A program made the position numbers and the translations under genes. A DNA stretch of 64,000 nucleotides from an uncultured Akkermansia sp. (lineage in GTDB: Bacteria; Verrucomicrobiota; Verrucomicrobiia; Verrucomicrobiales; V1-33), in the NCBI GenBank assembly GCA_964523105.1, contig CAZFZN010000031.1, positions 17,683 through 81,682 of the forward strand, in the 5' to 3' direction. A model generated the notes under the pieces. The model was not told the origin of the DNA, did no database searches, and saw nothing but the letters and a program-made list of their open reading frames with translations. This document shows positions 51,122 through 59,594 of this stretch, in pieces. Numbering within the stretch: the stretch's first letter is position 1; the number at the start of each line of letters is the position of its first letter.

Positions 51122-52138
51122 ATGTCAGACACACTCTCCTCTCCCCTGCCCGCCGACGACGTGGCAGCCATTGATCAGCTTCGCTCCTCCTACAGTAAGC
51201 TCACCGCAGAACTCGGCAAGGTCATCGTCGGCCAGCAGGCGGTTATCGAGCAGCTCTGTATCTGTCTCTTCGCCCGCGGCCACGCCCTGCTCATGGGAGT
51301 TCCCGGTCTGGCCAAGACGCTGCTCATTTCCAAGCTGGCGGAAACGATGTCGCTGCAGTTCAGCCGCATTCAGTTTACGCCGGACCTGATGCCGATGGAC
51401 ATCACCGGCACGGACATTCTCCAGGAACTACCGGGCGGGAAAAGGCAGTTCGAATTCGCCAAAGGCCCCGTCTTTGCGAACATCGTCCTCGCCGATGAAA
51501 TCAACCGCGCCCCCGCCAAGACGCAGGCTGCGATGCTCGAGGCGATGCAGGAACATCGCGTCACCGTCGCCGGCCGCACCTACACCCTGGACTCGCCGTT
51601 CTTCGTGCTGGCGACGCAAAACCCCATCGAACAGGAGGGCACCTATCCGCTGCCGGAAGCGCAGCTCGACCGCTTCATGTTCATGATCGGCGTGGACTAT
51701 CCGAGCCGCGATGAGGAAATCGCCATCGCCAAGAGCACGACCGGCGTGAGCATGCCGAAGCTGGAGCACGTGCTCGACGGAGAACGCGTGCTGGCTTGTC
51801 AGGATCTCGTGCGCCGGGTGCCGGTGCCGGATCACATTTACAGCTTCGCCGTGGACCTCGTGCGCAAGACACGCCCCGCCGGAGCTGAGGCGCCGGAATG
51901 GCTCAAGCCGCTCGTCGGCTGGGGCGCCGGCCCGCGCGCCGTGCAGTATCTCGTGCTCGGCGCCAAAGCCCGCGCCGCGCTGCTCGGCAGTTACATGGTG
52001 CGCATGGAGGATATCGTCGCCGTGGCCGAGCCCGTGCTGCGGCACCGCGTGATGACGACGTTCACCGCGCAGAGCGAAGGCGTGGACAGCATCGCGGTGG
52101 CGAAGCGCCTCGTCGAAGAATTGCGTAAAGAGGGATAA
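51122..52138 (+). CDS. MoxR-family AAA+ ATPase
   Basis: ATG 51122. Walker A GVPGLAKT, Walker B LADEINRA, and VLATQNPIEQEGTYPLPEAQLDRF. Confidence 0.92.
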   Translation: MSDTLSSPLPADDVAAIDQLRSSYSKLTAELGKVIVGQQAVIEQLCICLFARGHALLMGVPGLAKTLLISKLAETMSLQFSRIQFTPDLMPMDITGTDILQELPGGKRQFEFAKGPVFANIVLADEINRAPAKTQAAMLEAMQEHRVTVAGRTYTLDSPFFVLATQNPIEQEGTYPLPEAQLDRFMFMIGVDYPSRDEEIAIAKSTTGVSMPKLEHVLDGERVLACQDLVRRVPVPDHIYSFAVDLVRKTRPAGAEAPEWLKPLVGWGAGPRAVQYLVLGAKARAALLGSYMVRMEDIVAVAEPVLRHRVMTTFTAQSEGVDSIAVAKRLVEELRKEG

Positions 52139-52168
52139 GCGACTAACCCGCCTCAAAGCGATCCCCAT

Positions 52169-52278
52169 CGTCCTCGTTCTCGTCCTCGTTCTCGTCCTCG
52201 TACTCGTCCTCGTTCTCGTCCTCGTTCTCGTCCTCGTACTCGTCCTCGTTCTCGTCCTCGTTCTCGTTCTCGCCCTCG
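52169..52278. repeat. Hexamer array (CGTCCT/CGTTCT/CGTACT), about 18 units with a 36-nt higher-order period
   Basis: Begins 30 nt after the moxR stop and ends 46 nt before the four-helix-bundle gene ATG. Confidence 0.9.
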
Positions 52279-52324
52279 AAACCCGACTGCACGGAACGCC
52301 CCCAATACCTCGCCTCGCCACGAC

Positions 52325-52726
52325 ATGCCCTCTCCTCGATATCAATTCGATCACGAGAAACTGGACGTGTACCAGTGCGCGCTCCAATTCATCACCCGGG
52401 TCACGGCTTTGTTCGCAGAACTCCGCTCATCAAGAATTCCCCAGCTTAAGGAAGTCTGTGACCAACTGGACCGAGCTTCCATTTCCGTCGTCCTCAATAT
52501 CGCAGAAGGAAACGGCAGACGTGCCGGTCAGGCGCGCGCCAGGTTCTTCGACGACTCCCGGGGTTCGACGACCGAATGTGCAGGGTGCCTTGATGTTCTG
52601 GTGGCGAAGGGAGCGTGCGCGGCTAAGCGTATTCAGGAGAGCAAGGAACTCCTTCTGCGCATGGTGGCAATGCTAACCAAACTTGTGGAGCGATTCGATG
52701 GAAGCACGAGAAAGGAGGAGCGATGA
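52325..52726 (+). CDS. Four-helix-bundle protein (23S rRNA intervening-sequence protein family)
   Basis: LDVYQCALQF, QLDRASISVVLNIAEGNGR and FFDDSRGSTTEC match the family pattern L.vyq.A, Ql.RA..Si..NIAEG.gr, F...a.GS..E. Visibly less GC-rich than its neighbours. Confidence 0.85.
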   Translation: MPSPRYQFDHEKLDVYQCALQFITRVTALFAELRSSRIPQLKEVCDQLDRASISVVLNIAEGNGRRAGQARARFFDDSRGSTTECAGCLDVLVAKGACAAKRIQESKELLLRMVAMLTKLVERFDGSTRKEER

Positions 52727-52777
52727 ACGGCAGCGACCAGCGTGAATCCCGGGGGCTTGGACCGCTGTTTGCGTTTT

Positions 52778-52805
52778 CGAGGACGAGCACGAGGACGAGG
52801 ACGAC
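52778..52805. repeat. Short inverted copy of the hexamer array (GAGGAC/GAGCAC)
   Basis: cgaggacgagcacgaggacgaggacgac is complementary to the left array over about 26 nt, with one mismatch and one G-U. Confidence 0.8.
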
Positions 52806-52838
52806 TATGTTCCCGCGTGAACCCCTGACCCAACGCGC

Positions 52839-53747
52839 ATGAAAACCGCCGCCACATTCCTGGACAGCAAAGTCCTTTCCCGCCTGCTCGCGCTGCCGCT
52901 CAATGCGCGCCAGGCGATGATTGGCGGCGTCTCCGGCCGGCACCGCAGTCCCATCCGCGGGTCGTCCATCGAGTTCTCGCAGTATCGCAAGTACGTTCCC
53001 GGCGACGACACGCGCCGGCTCGACTGGCGGACGTGGGGGCGCACGGACAGGTTCTACATCAAGGAATTCGAAGCCGACACCAACCTGCGGCTGGCACTCA
53101 TCGTGGACGCCAGCGGCAGCATGGGTTTCCAGCCTGCGGGTGCGAACGAAACACGGCTCGACTTCTGCCGTAAACTCGCAGGCACGCTCGGCTATCTGGC
53201 CGCGCAGCAGGGCGATGCCGTGGGCCTGTGGGGCGTGGGCAAGGACCACCGCCAGAAACTCCCGGCCAAACGCGGCGCCTCACATTTCAAACTCATCCTC
53301 GATCAGTTGTCCTCGCTGGAGGCGAAAGGCGGCACCACGATTCTGGAATCCATGCACGAAGCCGCCGAGCAAATCGCGCAGCGCGCGCTGGTGGTCATCG
53401 CGTCGGACTTCTTCGTCGAACCCGCGACGCTGAAACACGCGCTCCAGCACCTGCGCTTCCGCAAGCACGACGTGGTGCTGTTCCATGTGCTCGATCAGGT
53501 GGAGCTGGACTTCACCTTCGACCGCCCGGCGCGTTTTGTGGACATGGAGGGCGGCGAGACGCTGCTGGCGGATCCTTCGCTCATCGCGCGGCGTTATCGC
53601 GAAGTCGTGAAGAAGTTCATGGCCGAGTTCGACGATGTCATCCGCACCACCGGCGTGGATTATCACCGCGTGCTGATGAAGGAGAATTACGAAGACGTGC
53701 TCGCCAAATTCCTCCTCGCCCGCCTGCAAAGCAAAGGCCGCCGCTGA
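52839..53747 (+). CDS. DUF58 protein (vWA-like MoxR partner)
   Basis: GSSIEFSQYRKYVPGDDTRRLDW and LIVDASGSM are DUF58 hallmarks. Confidence 0.9.
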   Translation: MKTAATFLDSKVLSRLLALPLNARQAMIGGVSGRHRSPIRGSSIEFSQYRKYVPGDDTRRLDWRTWGRTDRFYIKEFEADTNLRLALIVDASGSMGFQPAGANETRLDFCRKLAGTLGYLAAQQGDAVGLWGVGKDHRQKLPAKRGASHFKLILDQLSSLEAKGGTTILESMHEAAEQIAQRALVVIASDFFVEPATLKHALQHLRFRKHDVVLFHVLDQVELDFTFDRPARFVDMEGGETLLADPSLIARRYREVVKKFMAEFDDVIRTTGVDYHRVLMKENYEDVLAKFLLARLQSKGRR

Positions 53748-53795
53748 GGGCCAATTACCGTTTTGAAAACCGGACCCGCCATCTATTTTGCAGCC

Positions 53796-54299
53796 ATGAC
53801 AACTCCGACTCTCACCTGGGAAGCGATCTGCGCCGACCGCTCGCTGCGGGACTTGCCGTACAAGATCGAGACCAACCGCTTCAACCAAATCATCATGAGT
53901 CCTGCATCAGGCTGGCACGGCCATTGCGAATATGAAGTCGGCAAACTGCTGGAGCAACGGCTGCCGGGCGGAAAAATCATTCAGGAGTGTCCGGTGCAGA
54001 CTGTGGATGGAATCCGCGTAGCGGATGTCGCCTGGATGTCGCTGCAACGCTGGCAGCCGCTGCGCAGATCGGTGGCATTTCCCGTGGCGCCCGAGGTCTG
54101 CGTGGAAATCCTGTCGCCCTCCAACTCCCGCGAAGAAATGCTGGAGAAAATGCAGCTCTACTTCGCCAAGGGTGCTCAGGAGGTCTGGCTTTGCGATGAA
54201 GACGGGAAGTTTGAGTTCTTCTCCGCCGTCAGTGCGCCCCATGCCCTGCCTCATTCTCAACTGTGCCCTGACTTTCCGCAGAGCATCAAGCTGGATTAA
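53796..54299 (+). CDS. Uma2-family endonuclease-like protein
   Basis: ATG 53796. VADVAW, PEVCVEILSPSNSREEMLEKMQLYFAKGAQEVWLCD fits the Uma2 PD-(D/E)xK core. Less GC-rich than its neighbours. Confidence 0.8.
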   Translation: MTTPTLTWEAICADRSLRDLPYKIETNRFNQIIMSPASGWHGHCEYEVGKLLEQRLPGGKIIQECPVQTVDGIRVADVAWMSLQRWQPLRRSVAFPVAPEVCVEILSPSNSREEMLEKMQLYFAKGAQEVWLCDEDGKFEFFSAVSAPHALPHSQLCPDFPQSIKLD

Positions 54300-54320
54300 G
54301 GTGCCCTCGGTCCCCGCCGC

Positions 54321-56381
54321 ATGAGCTTTCTCGCCCCCATACTCCTGTTCGGTCTGCCGCTCGCGCTGCTGCCGGTGATCATTCACCTCATTCACCTGCT
54401 GCGGCGGCGGCAGGTGAAGTGGGCGGCGATGATGTGGCTGATGCTGGCGCAGCGGATGCACAAGGGGCTCTCGAAGCTGCGGCAGTATTTGATCCTGCTC
54501 TTCCGCGTGCTCGCCATTGCGGCGATTATTTTTGTTATCGGCCGTCCGCTCGCGGGCGGATTGCTGGGGCTCACCGGCGGCGCGCCGGACAGTGTGATCA
54601 TTCTGCTCGACCGCAGCGCCTCGATGGAGCAGCAGCTGCTGACCACCGGTGTGAGCAAGCGCGAGGCGGGTCTGCAGAATCTCTCCGCCGCCATCAAGGA
54701 CGCTTACGGCAAGCGCTCCAGGCTCGTGCTCATCGACAGCGCCACGCTCCAGCCCGTGGCCCTGGAGAAAGCGGAATCGCTGCCCGATGTGCCCCAGGCC
54801 GGCCCCACGGACACGGCGGCGGACATTCCCGCGATGCTGCAGGCGGCGCTCGATTACATCACGACAAACCAAACGGGCCGCACCGATGTGTGGCTGGTGA
54901 GCGACCTGCGGCAGTCCGACTGGAATGCCGCGGGCGGGCGCTGGGCCGGGCTGCGCGGGGCATTCGCATCGCTCCAGGGCGTGCGGTTCCAGGTGCTCGC
55001 CTATCCGGAGGACCAGCCGTCGAATCTCGGCGTGACGGTGGAAAACGTCACGCGCCGGGAGTCGGCGGACAAAGCGGAATTGCTCATGGACATCCGGCTG
55101 CAGCGCGAAGCGCCCGCCGCGGAGGCGTTCCATGTACCGCTGCGCGTGGTGGTGAACGGCGTGAGCAGCGAGTTGAAGGCGAATTTCAAGGGCACGCAGG
55201 TCGTGCTCCAGGCGCAGTCCATTCCCGTCGACAAATCGACGAAGCGCGGCTGGGGCCGCGTGGAGTTGCCGGCCGACACCAATCCGGAGGACAACGTCTT
55301 CAATTTCGTCTTCGATGAGCCGCCGGCGCTGAAATCGGTGATCGTGACGGACAAAGGCGAAGTGTCAGGCCCGCTGCTGGCGGCGCTCAGTGCGCCGGCG
55401 GATCCTTCGCGCAAATACGAAGCCTCCGCGCTGCCCGCGGCCCGCGCCGCCGAGATCCCGTGGGAACAGACGGCGCTCATCCTTTGGCAGACGCCGCTTC
55501 CTGACAAGGAATCCGCTGTGGCCAAACAACTCGAAGCGCATGTCGCCGCCGGACGCTCGCTGATCTTTCTGCCGCCGGATACGCCGGATGACCGCGAGTT
55601 CGCCGGCGTGCGCTGGACGCAGTGGCAGACGGCGCCGTCGGGCAAACAGGTGCTCGCCGAATGGTGGCGCAACGACACCGGCCTGCTCACCGCCACACGC
55701 GCCGGCTCCGCCCTGCCCGTGGGTGAAGTGGAGGTGCAGCGCTGGTGCGGCATCCAGGGCGAGCACTCGCCATTCGCCCGCCTGAGTGAGGATGCCGGAA
55801 AAGCCCCCCTGCTGGTGCAATCCGCGCGCGATGCGGGACACGGCGCATTTTTCCTGACCACACTTCCCGGCCCCGGCAGCAGCAGCCTGGCGCGCGACGG
55901 AGTCGTGCTCTTTGCCATGCTCCACCGCGCGCTCAATGCCGCCGCCGCCTCGCTCGGCAATGCCCGGCAGCGCCTCGCCGCCGCCGGCGCCGTGGATGCG
56001 CCTGACAACTGGGCGCGCCTGGACCTCGAGAACCCGGAAAGCGTGCTCCCGCTCGACCGCCCGCTGCGCGCCGGAGTGCTGCAGCGTCCCGGAGCCTCCA
56101 GCGACAAGCCGGACCTGCTGACCGCTCTCAACCGCCCGCCCGGTGAAGATGCCCCGCAGGTGCTCGGCAAAGCCGCGCTGGATGAACTCTTCGCCGGCCT
56201 CGACTGGCGGCTGCTGGAGCGCACGCTGGAAAACGAGAAGAGTCTTGTCAGCGAAGTCTGGCGCACGTTCCTCTGGTGCATGGCTGCGGCCATCGTCATG
56301 GAAGCCCTGCTCTGCATGCCGGGACGCCGCACGGCCGCCGCCCGCAAAGCGGAGGTGAGCCGGGACGCAGTTCCCGCCTGA
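54321..56381 (+). CDS. BatA-N-terminal-domain (double-TM) membrane protein with a vWA-like region
   Basis: N-terminus MSFLAPILLFGLPLALLPVIIHLIHLLRRRQVKW, then VIILLDRSASM, and a C-terminal TM helix. Confidence 0.8.
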   Translation: MSFLAPILLFGLPLALLPVIIHLIHLLRRRQVKWAAMMWLMLAQRMHKGLSKLRQYLILLFRVLAIAAIIFVIGRPLAGGLLGLTGGAPDSVIILLDRSASMEQQLLTTGVSKREAGLQNLSAAIKDAYGKRSRLVLIDSATLQPVALEKAESLPDVPQAGPTDTAADIPAMLQAALDYITTNQTGRTDVWLVSDLRQSDWNAAGGRWAGLRGAFASLQGVRFQVLAYPEDQPSNLGVTVENVTRRESADKAELLMDIRLQREAPAAEAFHVPLRVVVNGVSSELKANFKGTQVVLQAQSIPVDKSTKRGWGRVELPADTNPEDNVFNFVFDEPPALKSVIVTDKGEVSGPLLAALSAPADPSRKYEASALPAARAAEIPWEQTALILWQTPLPDKESAVAKQLEAHVAAGRSLIFLPPDTPDDREFAGVRWTQWQTAPSGKQVLAEWWRNDTGLLTATRAGSALPVGEVEVQRWCGIQGEHSPFARLSEDAGKAPLLVQSARDAGHGAFFLTTLPGPGSSSLARDGVVLFAMLHRALNAAAASLGNARQRLAAAGAVDAPDNWARLDLENPESVLPLDRPLRAGVLQRPGASSDKPDLLTALNRPPGEDAPQVLGKAALDELFAGLDWRLLERTLENEKSLVSEVWRTFLWCMAAAIVMEALLCMPGRRTAAARKAEVSRDAVPA

Positions 56382-56484
56382 CGGACCGCCTCTGCGGCTC
56401 CATCGATTGCGGTTCCAGGTAATTCACCGGCGGAAGGTGAACCGGCTCGCGGCAGATTTCTGCCTTCCTGATTCAGGGGAAAGT

Positions 56485-56670
56485 CATGGCCCGGACGGGC
56501 CATCAGATTCAGCCCACGGCAGCTTCGCTGCCGTGGGATAGCTTTCTGTGAACTCCCGCGCCCCGGAGCGGGCGCCAGAGACTTCTCCGGATGCCCTCTC
56601 GCGCCCGCTCCGGGGCGCAGGATATGACACCAACGCCCCCACGGCAGCCGGGCTGCCGTGGGCTGAATCT
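56485..56670. repeat. Composite nested palindrome (three hairpin-unit types)
   Basis: ATGGCCC-gga-CGGGCCAT. Outer pair: agattCAGC-CCACGGCAGC-ttc-GCTGCCGTGG (56505..56537) and CCACGGCAGC-cgg-GCTGCCGTGG-GCTGaatct (56638..56670). Inner pair: GCGCCCCGGAGCGGGCGC (56558..56575) and GCGCCCGCTCCGGGGCGC (56601..56618). Confidence 0.75.
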
Positions 56671-56764
56671 CCTGACCCTCCGGGCCAGTCGCCAAACCCT
56701 GCGCATTCTACTCACGAACTGTCTGTGAAACTGTTCGCCCGGACCCGGCTTGACCGGGTTTGGA

Positions 56765-56803
56765 CAAACCAAAACCGCCGGCCCGTGGTGCGGACCGGCG
56801 GCA
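56765..56803 (-). terminator. Intrinsic terminator of pnp
   Basis: The minus strand reads GCCGCCGG-uccgcaccacgg-GCCGGCGG followed by UUUUGGUUUG, about 30 nt after the pnp stop. Confidence 0.65.
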
Positions 56804-56834
56804 ATGCGATTTCTTACCTGCGTTAATCCCCAGA

Positions 56835-59123
56835 TCAGTCGCGGCGTTCGCGGCGCGGGCCGCGCGGGCCACGGTCGCGGGGACCACGGTCCCGGCGTTC
56901 GCCGCGGTCATCGCGGGGCGGGCGGCCTTCGCCGTCGCCGCCGCCTTCGCTGGGACTGTCGCCGGAAAGGCTTTCGACAAGTTCGCCCGGGGTTTGGCCG
57001 CCGGCGAGTTCGCGCTCGCGGTCTTTGAGTACGGCTTTGCGGCTCATCTTGACGCGGCCCTTGTCGTCCACTCCCACGCACTTGGCGGTCACGATGTCAC
57101 CGGTTTTGACGACGTCTTCGGTCTTGTTGACGCGGAAGTCGGCGAGTTCGCTGATGTGGATGAGTCCGTCGCGGCCGGGGAAGATTTCCATGAACGCTCC
57201 GAAGTTCGTCGTGCTGACGACGCGGCCCGTGTAGAGCGCGCCCACTTCGGCTTCGGCGAACATGTTCTTGATCATCTTCAGCGCGATGTCGAGGCTCTCC
57301 TTCTTCACCGCGTAAATGTGGACGGTGCCGTCGTCCTCGATGTCGATCTTCGCGCCGGATTCGGCCTGGATGCCTTTGATGTTTTTGCCGCCGGGGCCGA
57401 TGAGTTCGCCGATGCGGTCCGGCGGGATCTTCGTGCTTTCGATGCGCGGGGCATAAGGGCTGAGCTCCGTGCGCGGGCCGCTGATGGCGGCGTTCATGGT
57501 CTCCAAAATCTGGAGACGGCCGGCTTTGGCTTTGTGGATGGCTTCCTCCAGAATGCTGAGCGGAATGCCGGGGAGCTTGAGATCGAGCTGATAGCCGGTG
57601 ACCCCGTTGGTGGTGCCGCAAAGCTTGAAGTCCATGTCGCCGAAGTGGTCTTCGCTGCCGAGGATATCGATCATCGTCAGGTAGCGCTTCATTTTCTCGG
57701 ACTCATCGAACTCACTGACCAGACCGACGCTGATGCCGGCGACGGGAGCGGTGAGCGGCACGCCGGCGGCGAGCAGCGCCATGACGCCGGCGCAGGTGCT
57801 GGCCATGCTGGTGGAGCCGTTGGACTCCATGACTTCGCTGCTGACGCGGACGGCATAGGGAAAATCCTTCTCCGTCGGCATGACGGGGAAGATGGATTTC
57901 TCCGCCAGAGCCCCGTGGCCTATCTCCCGGCGATTCTGCCCGCCGAAGCGTCCTGTTTCTCCGACCGAGAAGGGCGGGAAGTTGTAGTGCAGGAGGAAGC
58001 GCTTGCTGTCCTCACCGCCGGTGTAGTTGTCGAATTCCTGGGCTTCATCCAGAGGAGCGAGTGTAACGAGGGCCATCGCCTGGGTTTCGCCGCGGGCGAA
58101 CAAAGCGGAGCCGTGCACGCGCGGGAGAACATCCACTTCCGCGGTGAGCGGGCGGATTTCGTCGAGGCCGCGGCCGTCGCAGCGGTGCTTCTTGTCGAGG
58201 ATGCTGATGCGGAAGGCTTTCTTCTGGAGGTAGTCGAAGGCCTGACTGATCTCGAACGCACCGGCGTCGGGATACTTCGCAAGGATGGCGGCTTTCACTT
58301 CCTCCTTGAGTTCGCCGATGGCTTTGGCGCGGGCGGTTTTGCCGGGCGTGTAGATGGCGGCCTCAATGCGGCTGCCGGCGACTTCGTAGGCGACTTCCAG
58401 CAGTTCCTGGCGGGCGCTGAGAATCTTGTACTCGCGCACGGGTTTGCCGCACTTCTCGCGGAGTTCCTTTTGGGCGGCGATGAGCGGCTGCACGGCGGCG
58501 TGGCCGAAGTGGAGGGCCTTGATGAATTCTTCGTCCGGCACTTCAAAGGCGTCGCCTTCGATCATGATGACTTCGTCCTCGCTGCCCACGTAGATGAGAT
58601 CGAGGTCGCTGTCCTGACGCTGCGTGTGCGTCGGGTTGGCGACGAATTCTCCATTGATGCGGCCCACGCGCACGGCGCCGAAGGGCTTGGCCATCGGCAG
58701 ATCGGAGAGATACACCGCGGCGCTGGCGCCGTTCATGGCGAGCACATCGGAGTCATTCTCCCCGTCCGCGGCCAGGAGCAGCGCGACGATCTGGGTGTCG
58801 TAGAAATAACCTTTCGGGAAGAGCGGCCGCAGCGGACGGTCCGTCATGCGGCAGGTGAGGATTTCCTTTTCCGTCGGGCGGCCTTCGCGTTTGAAATAAC
58901 CGCCGGGGAAACGGCCCGCGGCGCTGGCTTTCTCTTTATACTCGACGCTCAGGGGGAAGAAATCCTGACCGTCTTTGAGATTGGTGGACGAAACGGCGGT
59001 GACGAGGACGACGGTTTCGCCGAGGGTCACAGTGACCGCGCCGTCTGCGAGACGCGCGATCTTTCCGGTTTCAATGATGATGTTGCTCGAGCCGACCTGG
59101 CTCGTGGTTTTGTGGATGCTCAT
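56835..59123 (-). CDS. pnp: Polyribonucleotide nucleotidyltransferase (PNPase) with an R/D/G-rich C-terminal tail
   Basis: 762 aa. Two RNase PH domains, a KH domain (GPGGKNIKGIQ) and an S1 domain (GRVVSTTNFGAFMEI), then a ~60-aa tail ending in RPPRDDRGERRDRGPRDRGPRGPRRERRD. Confidence 0.95.
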   Translation of the reverse strand: MSIHKTTSQVGSSNIIIETGKIARLADGAVTVTLGETVVLVTAVSSTNLKDGQDFFPLSVEYKEKASAAGRFPGGYFKREGRPTEKEILTCRMTDRPLRPLFPKGYFYDTQIVALLLAADGENDSDVLAMNGASAAVYLSDLPMAKPFGAVRVGRINGEFVANPTHTQRQDSDLDLIYVGSEDEVIMIEGDAFEVPDEEFIKALHFGHAAVQPLIAAQKELREKCGKPVREYKILSARQELLEVAYEVAGSRIEAAIYTPGKTARAKAIGELKEEVKAAILAKYPDAGAFEISQAFDYLQKKAFRISILDKKHRCDGRGLDEIRPLTAEVDVLPRVHGSALFARGETQAMALVTLAPLDEAQEFDNYTGGEDSKRFLLHYNFPPFSVGETGRFGGQNRREIGHGALAEKSIFPVMPTEKDFPYAVRVSSEVMESNGSTSMASTCAGVMALLAAGVPLTAPVAGISVGLVSEFDESEKMKRYLTMIDILGSEDHFGDMDFKLCGTTNGVTGYQLDLKLPGIPLSILEEAIHKAKAGRLQILETMNAAISGPRTELSPYAPRIESTKIPPDRIGELIGPGGKNIKGIQAESGAKIDIEDDGTVHIYAVKKESLDIALKMIKNMFAEAEVGALYTGRVVSTTNFGAFMEIFPGRDGLIHISELADFRVNKTEDVVKTGDIVTAKCVGVDDKGRVKMSRKAVLKDRERELAGGQTPGELVESLSGDSPSEGGGDGEGRPPRDDRGERRDRGPRDRGPRGPRRERRD

Positions 59124-59178
59124 GTGTTGCTTTCTTTGTTTTGTGTTTTGGAAAGCGGGCAGCCGGACTTCGGATGAA

Positions 59179-59244
59179 GTGTTCAGTTTTCAGATTTCAG
59201 TTTTCAGATGCACGACCTGAAGACTGAAACCTGAACACTGAAAC
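59179..59244 (-). promoter_or_regulatory. Long imperfect hairpin in the pnp 5' leader built from inverted heptamer arrays
   Basis: The minus strand reads (GUUUCAG UGUUCAG GUUUCAG UCUUCAG) gucgugcau (CUGAAAA CUGAAAU CUGAAAA CUGAACA). It lies 56-121 nt upstream of the pnp ATG and downstream of the rpsO terminator. Confidence 0.5.
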
Positions 59245-59265
59245 CTCCGGCGGCCCGCCGGGATA

Positions 59266-59301
59266 ACGCAAAACCCCGCCACGGCTACAACCGGGCGGGG
59301 T
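59266..59301 (-). terminator. Intrinsic terminator of rpsO
   Basis: The minus strand reads CCCCGCCCGG-uuguag-CCGUGGCGGGG followed by UUUUGCGUU, about 36 nt after the rpsO stop. Confidence 0.7.
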
Positions 59302-59336
59302 CAGCGTAAGTTTTCATGCGGTCATTCCGTCGGGAA

Positions 59337-59594
59337 TTAGCGGCGGAGACCGAGGCCCTTCACGACCTTCTGGTAGCGTTCGGGGGCGGTGTTTTTGAGA
59401 TAATCGAGGAGCCGGCGGCGCAGGGCCACGAGCTTCAGGAGACCGCGGCGGGACGAGAAGTCCTTCTTATGCCCGCCGAGGTGCTGGGTAAGATGATTGA
59501 TGCGCGCCGAGAGGCACGCGACCTGATAATCAGCACTGCCGGTGTCGTTGGGGTGCTGTTTGTACGCGTTCGGATCGATGGTATTTTGAGTCAT
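59337..59594 (-). CDS. rpsO: 30S ribosomal protein S15
   Basis: ATG 59594 gives [58 protein letters not shown]. Confidence 0.93.
   Translation of the reverse strand: MTQNTIDPNAYKQHPNDTGSADYQVACLSARINHLTQHLGGHKKDFSSRRGLLKLVALRRRLLDYLKNTAPERYQKVVKGLGLRR

Noticed and set aside
52169-52278. Hexamer array read as coding (RTRTRT.. in ORF 51428..52387, or VLVLVL / acidic ENEDE frames) or as a CRISPR-like array
   Set aside because: The 6-nt period with no unique spacers rules out CRISPR. The ORFs through it are antisense to or overlap moxR and consist only of the repeat translation.
56485-56670. Possibility that the multi-hairpin region is a tRNA, tmRNA or other known RNA gene
   Set aside because: It has no cloverleaf geometry, no anticodon-loop or T-loop consensus (GTTCRANNC) and no CCA-adjacent acceptor stem. 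The structure consists of symmetric inverted doublets instead.
56760-59177. 805-aa ORF antisense to pnp. Similar long antisense ORFs lie at 42928..45486, 59774..61651, 16522..18417, 30632..32185, 34658..36151, 24032..25252, 53907..55133, 55001..56695, 48152..49600 and 49305..51389.
   Set aside because: All lie opposite genes with strong family motifs and show the R/A/G/H-rich composition expected from the reverse frames of GC3-rich genes.
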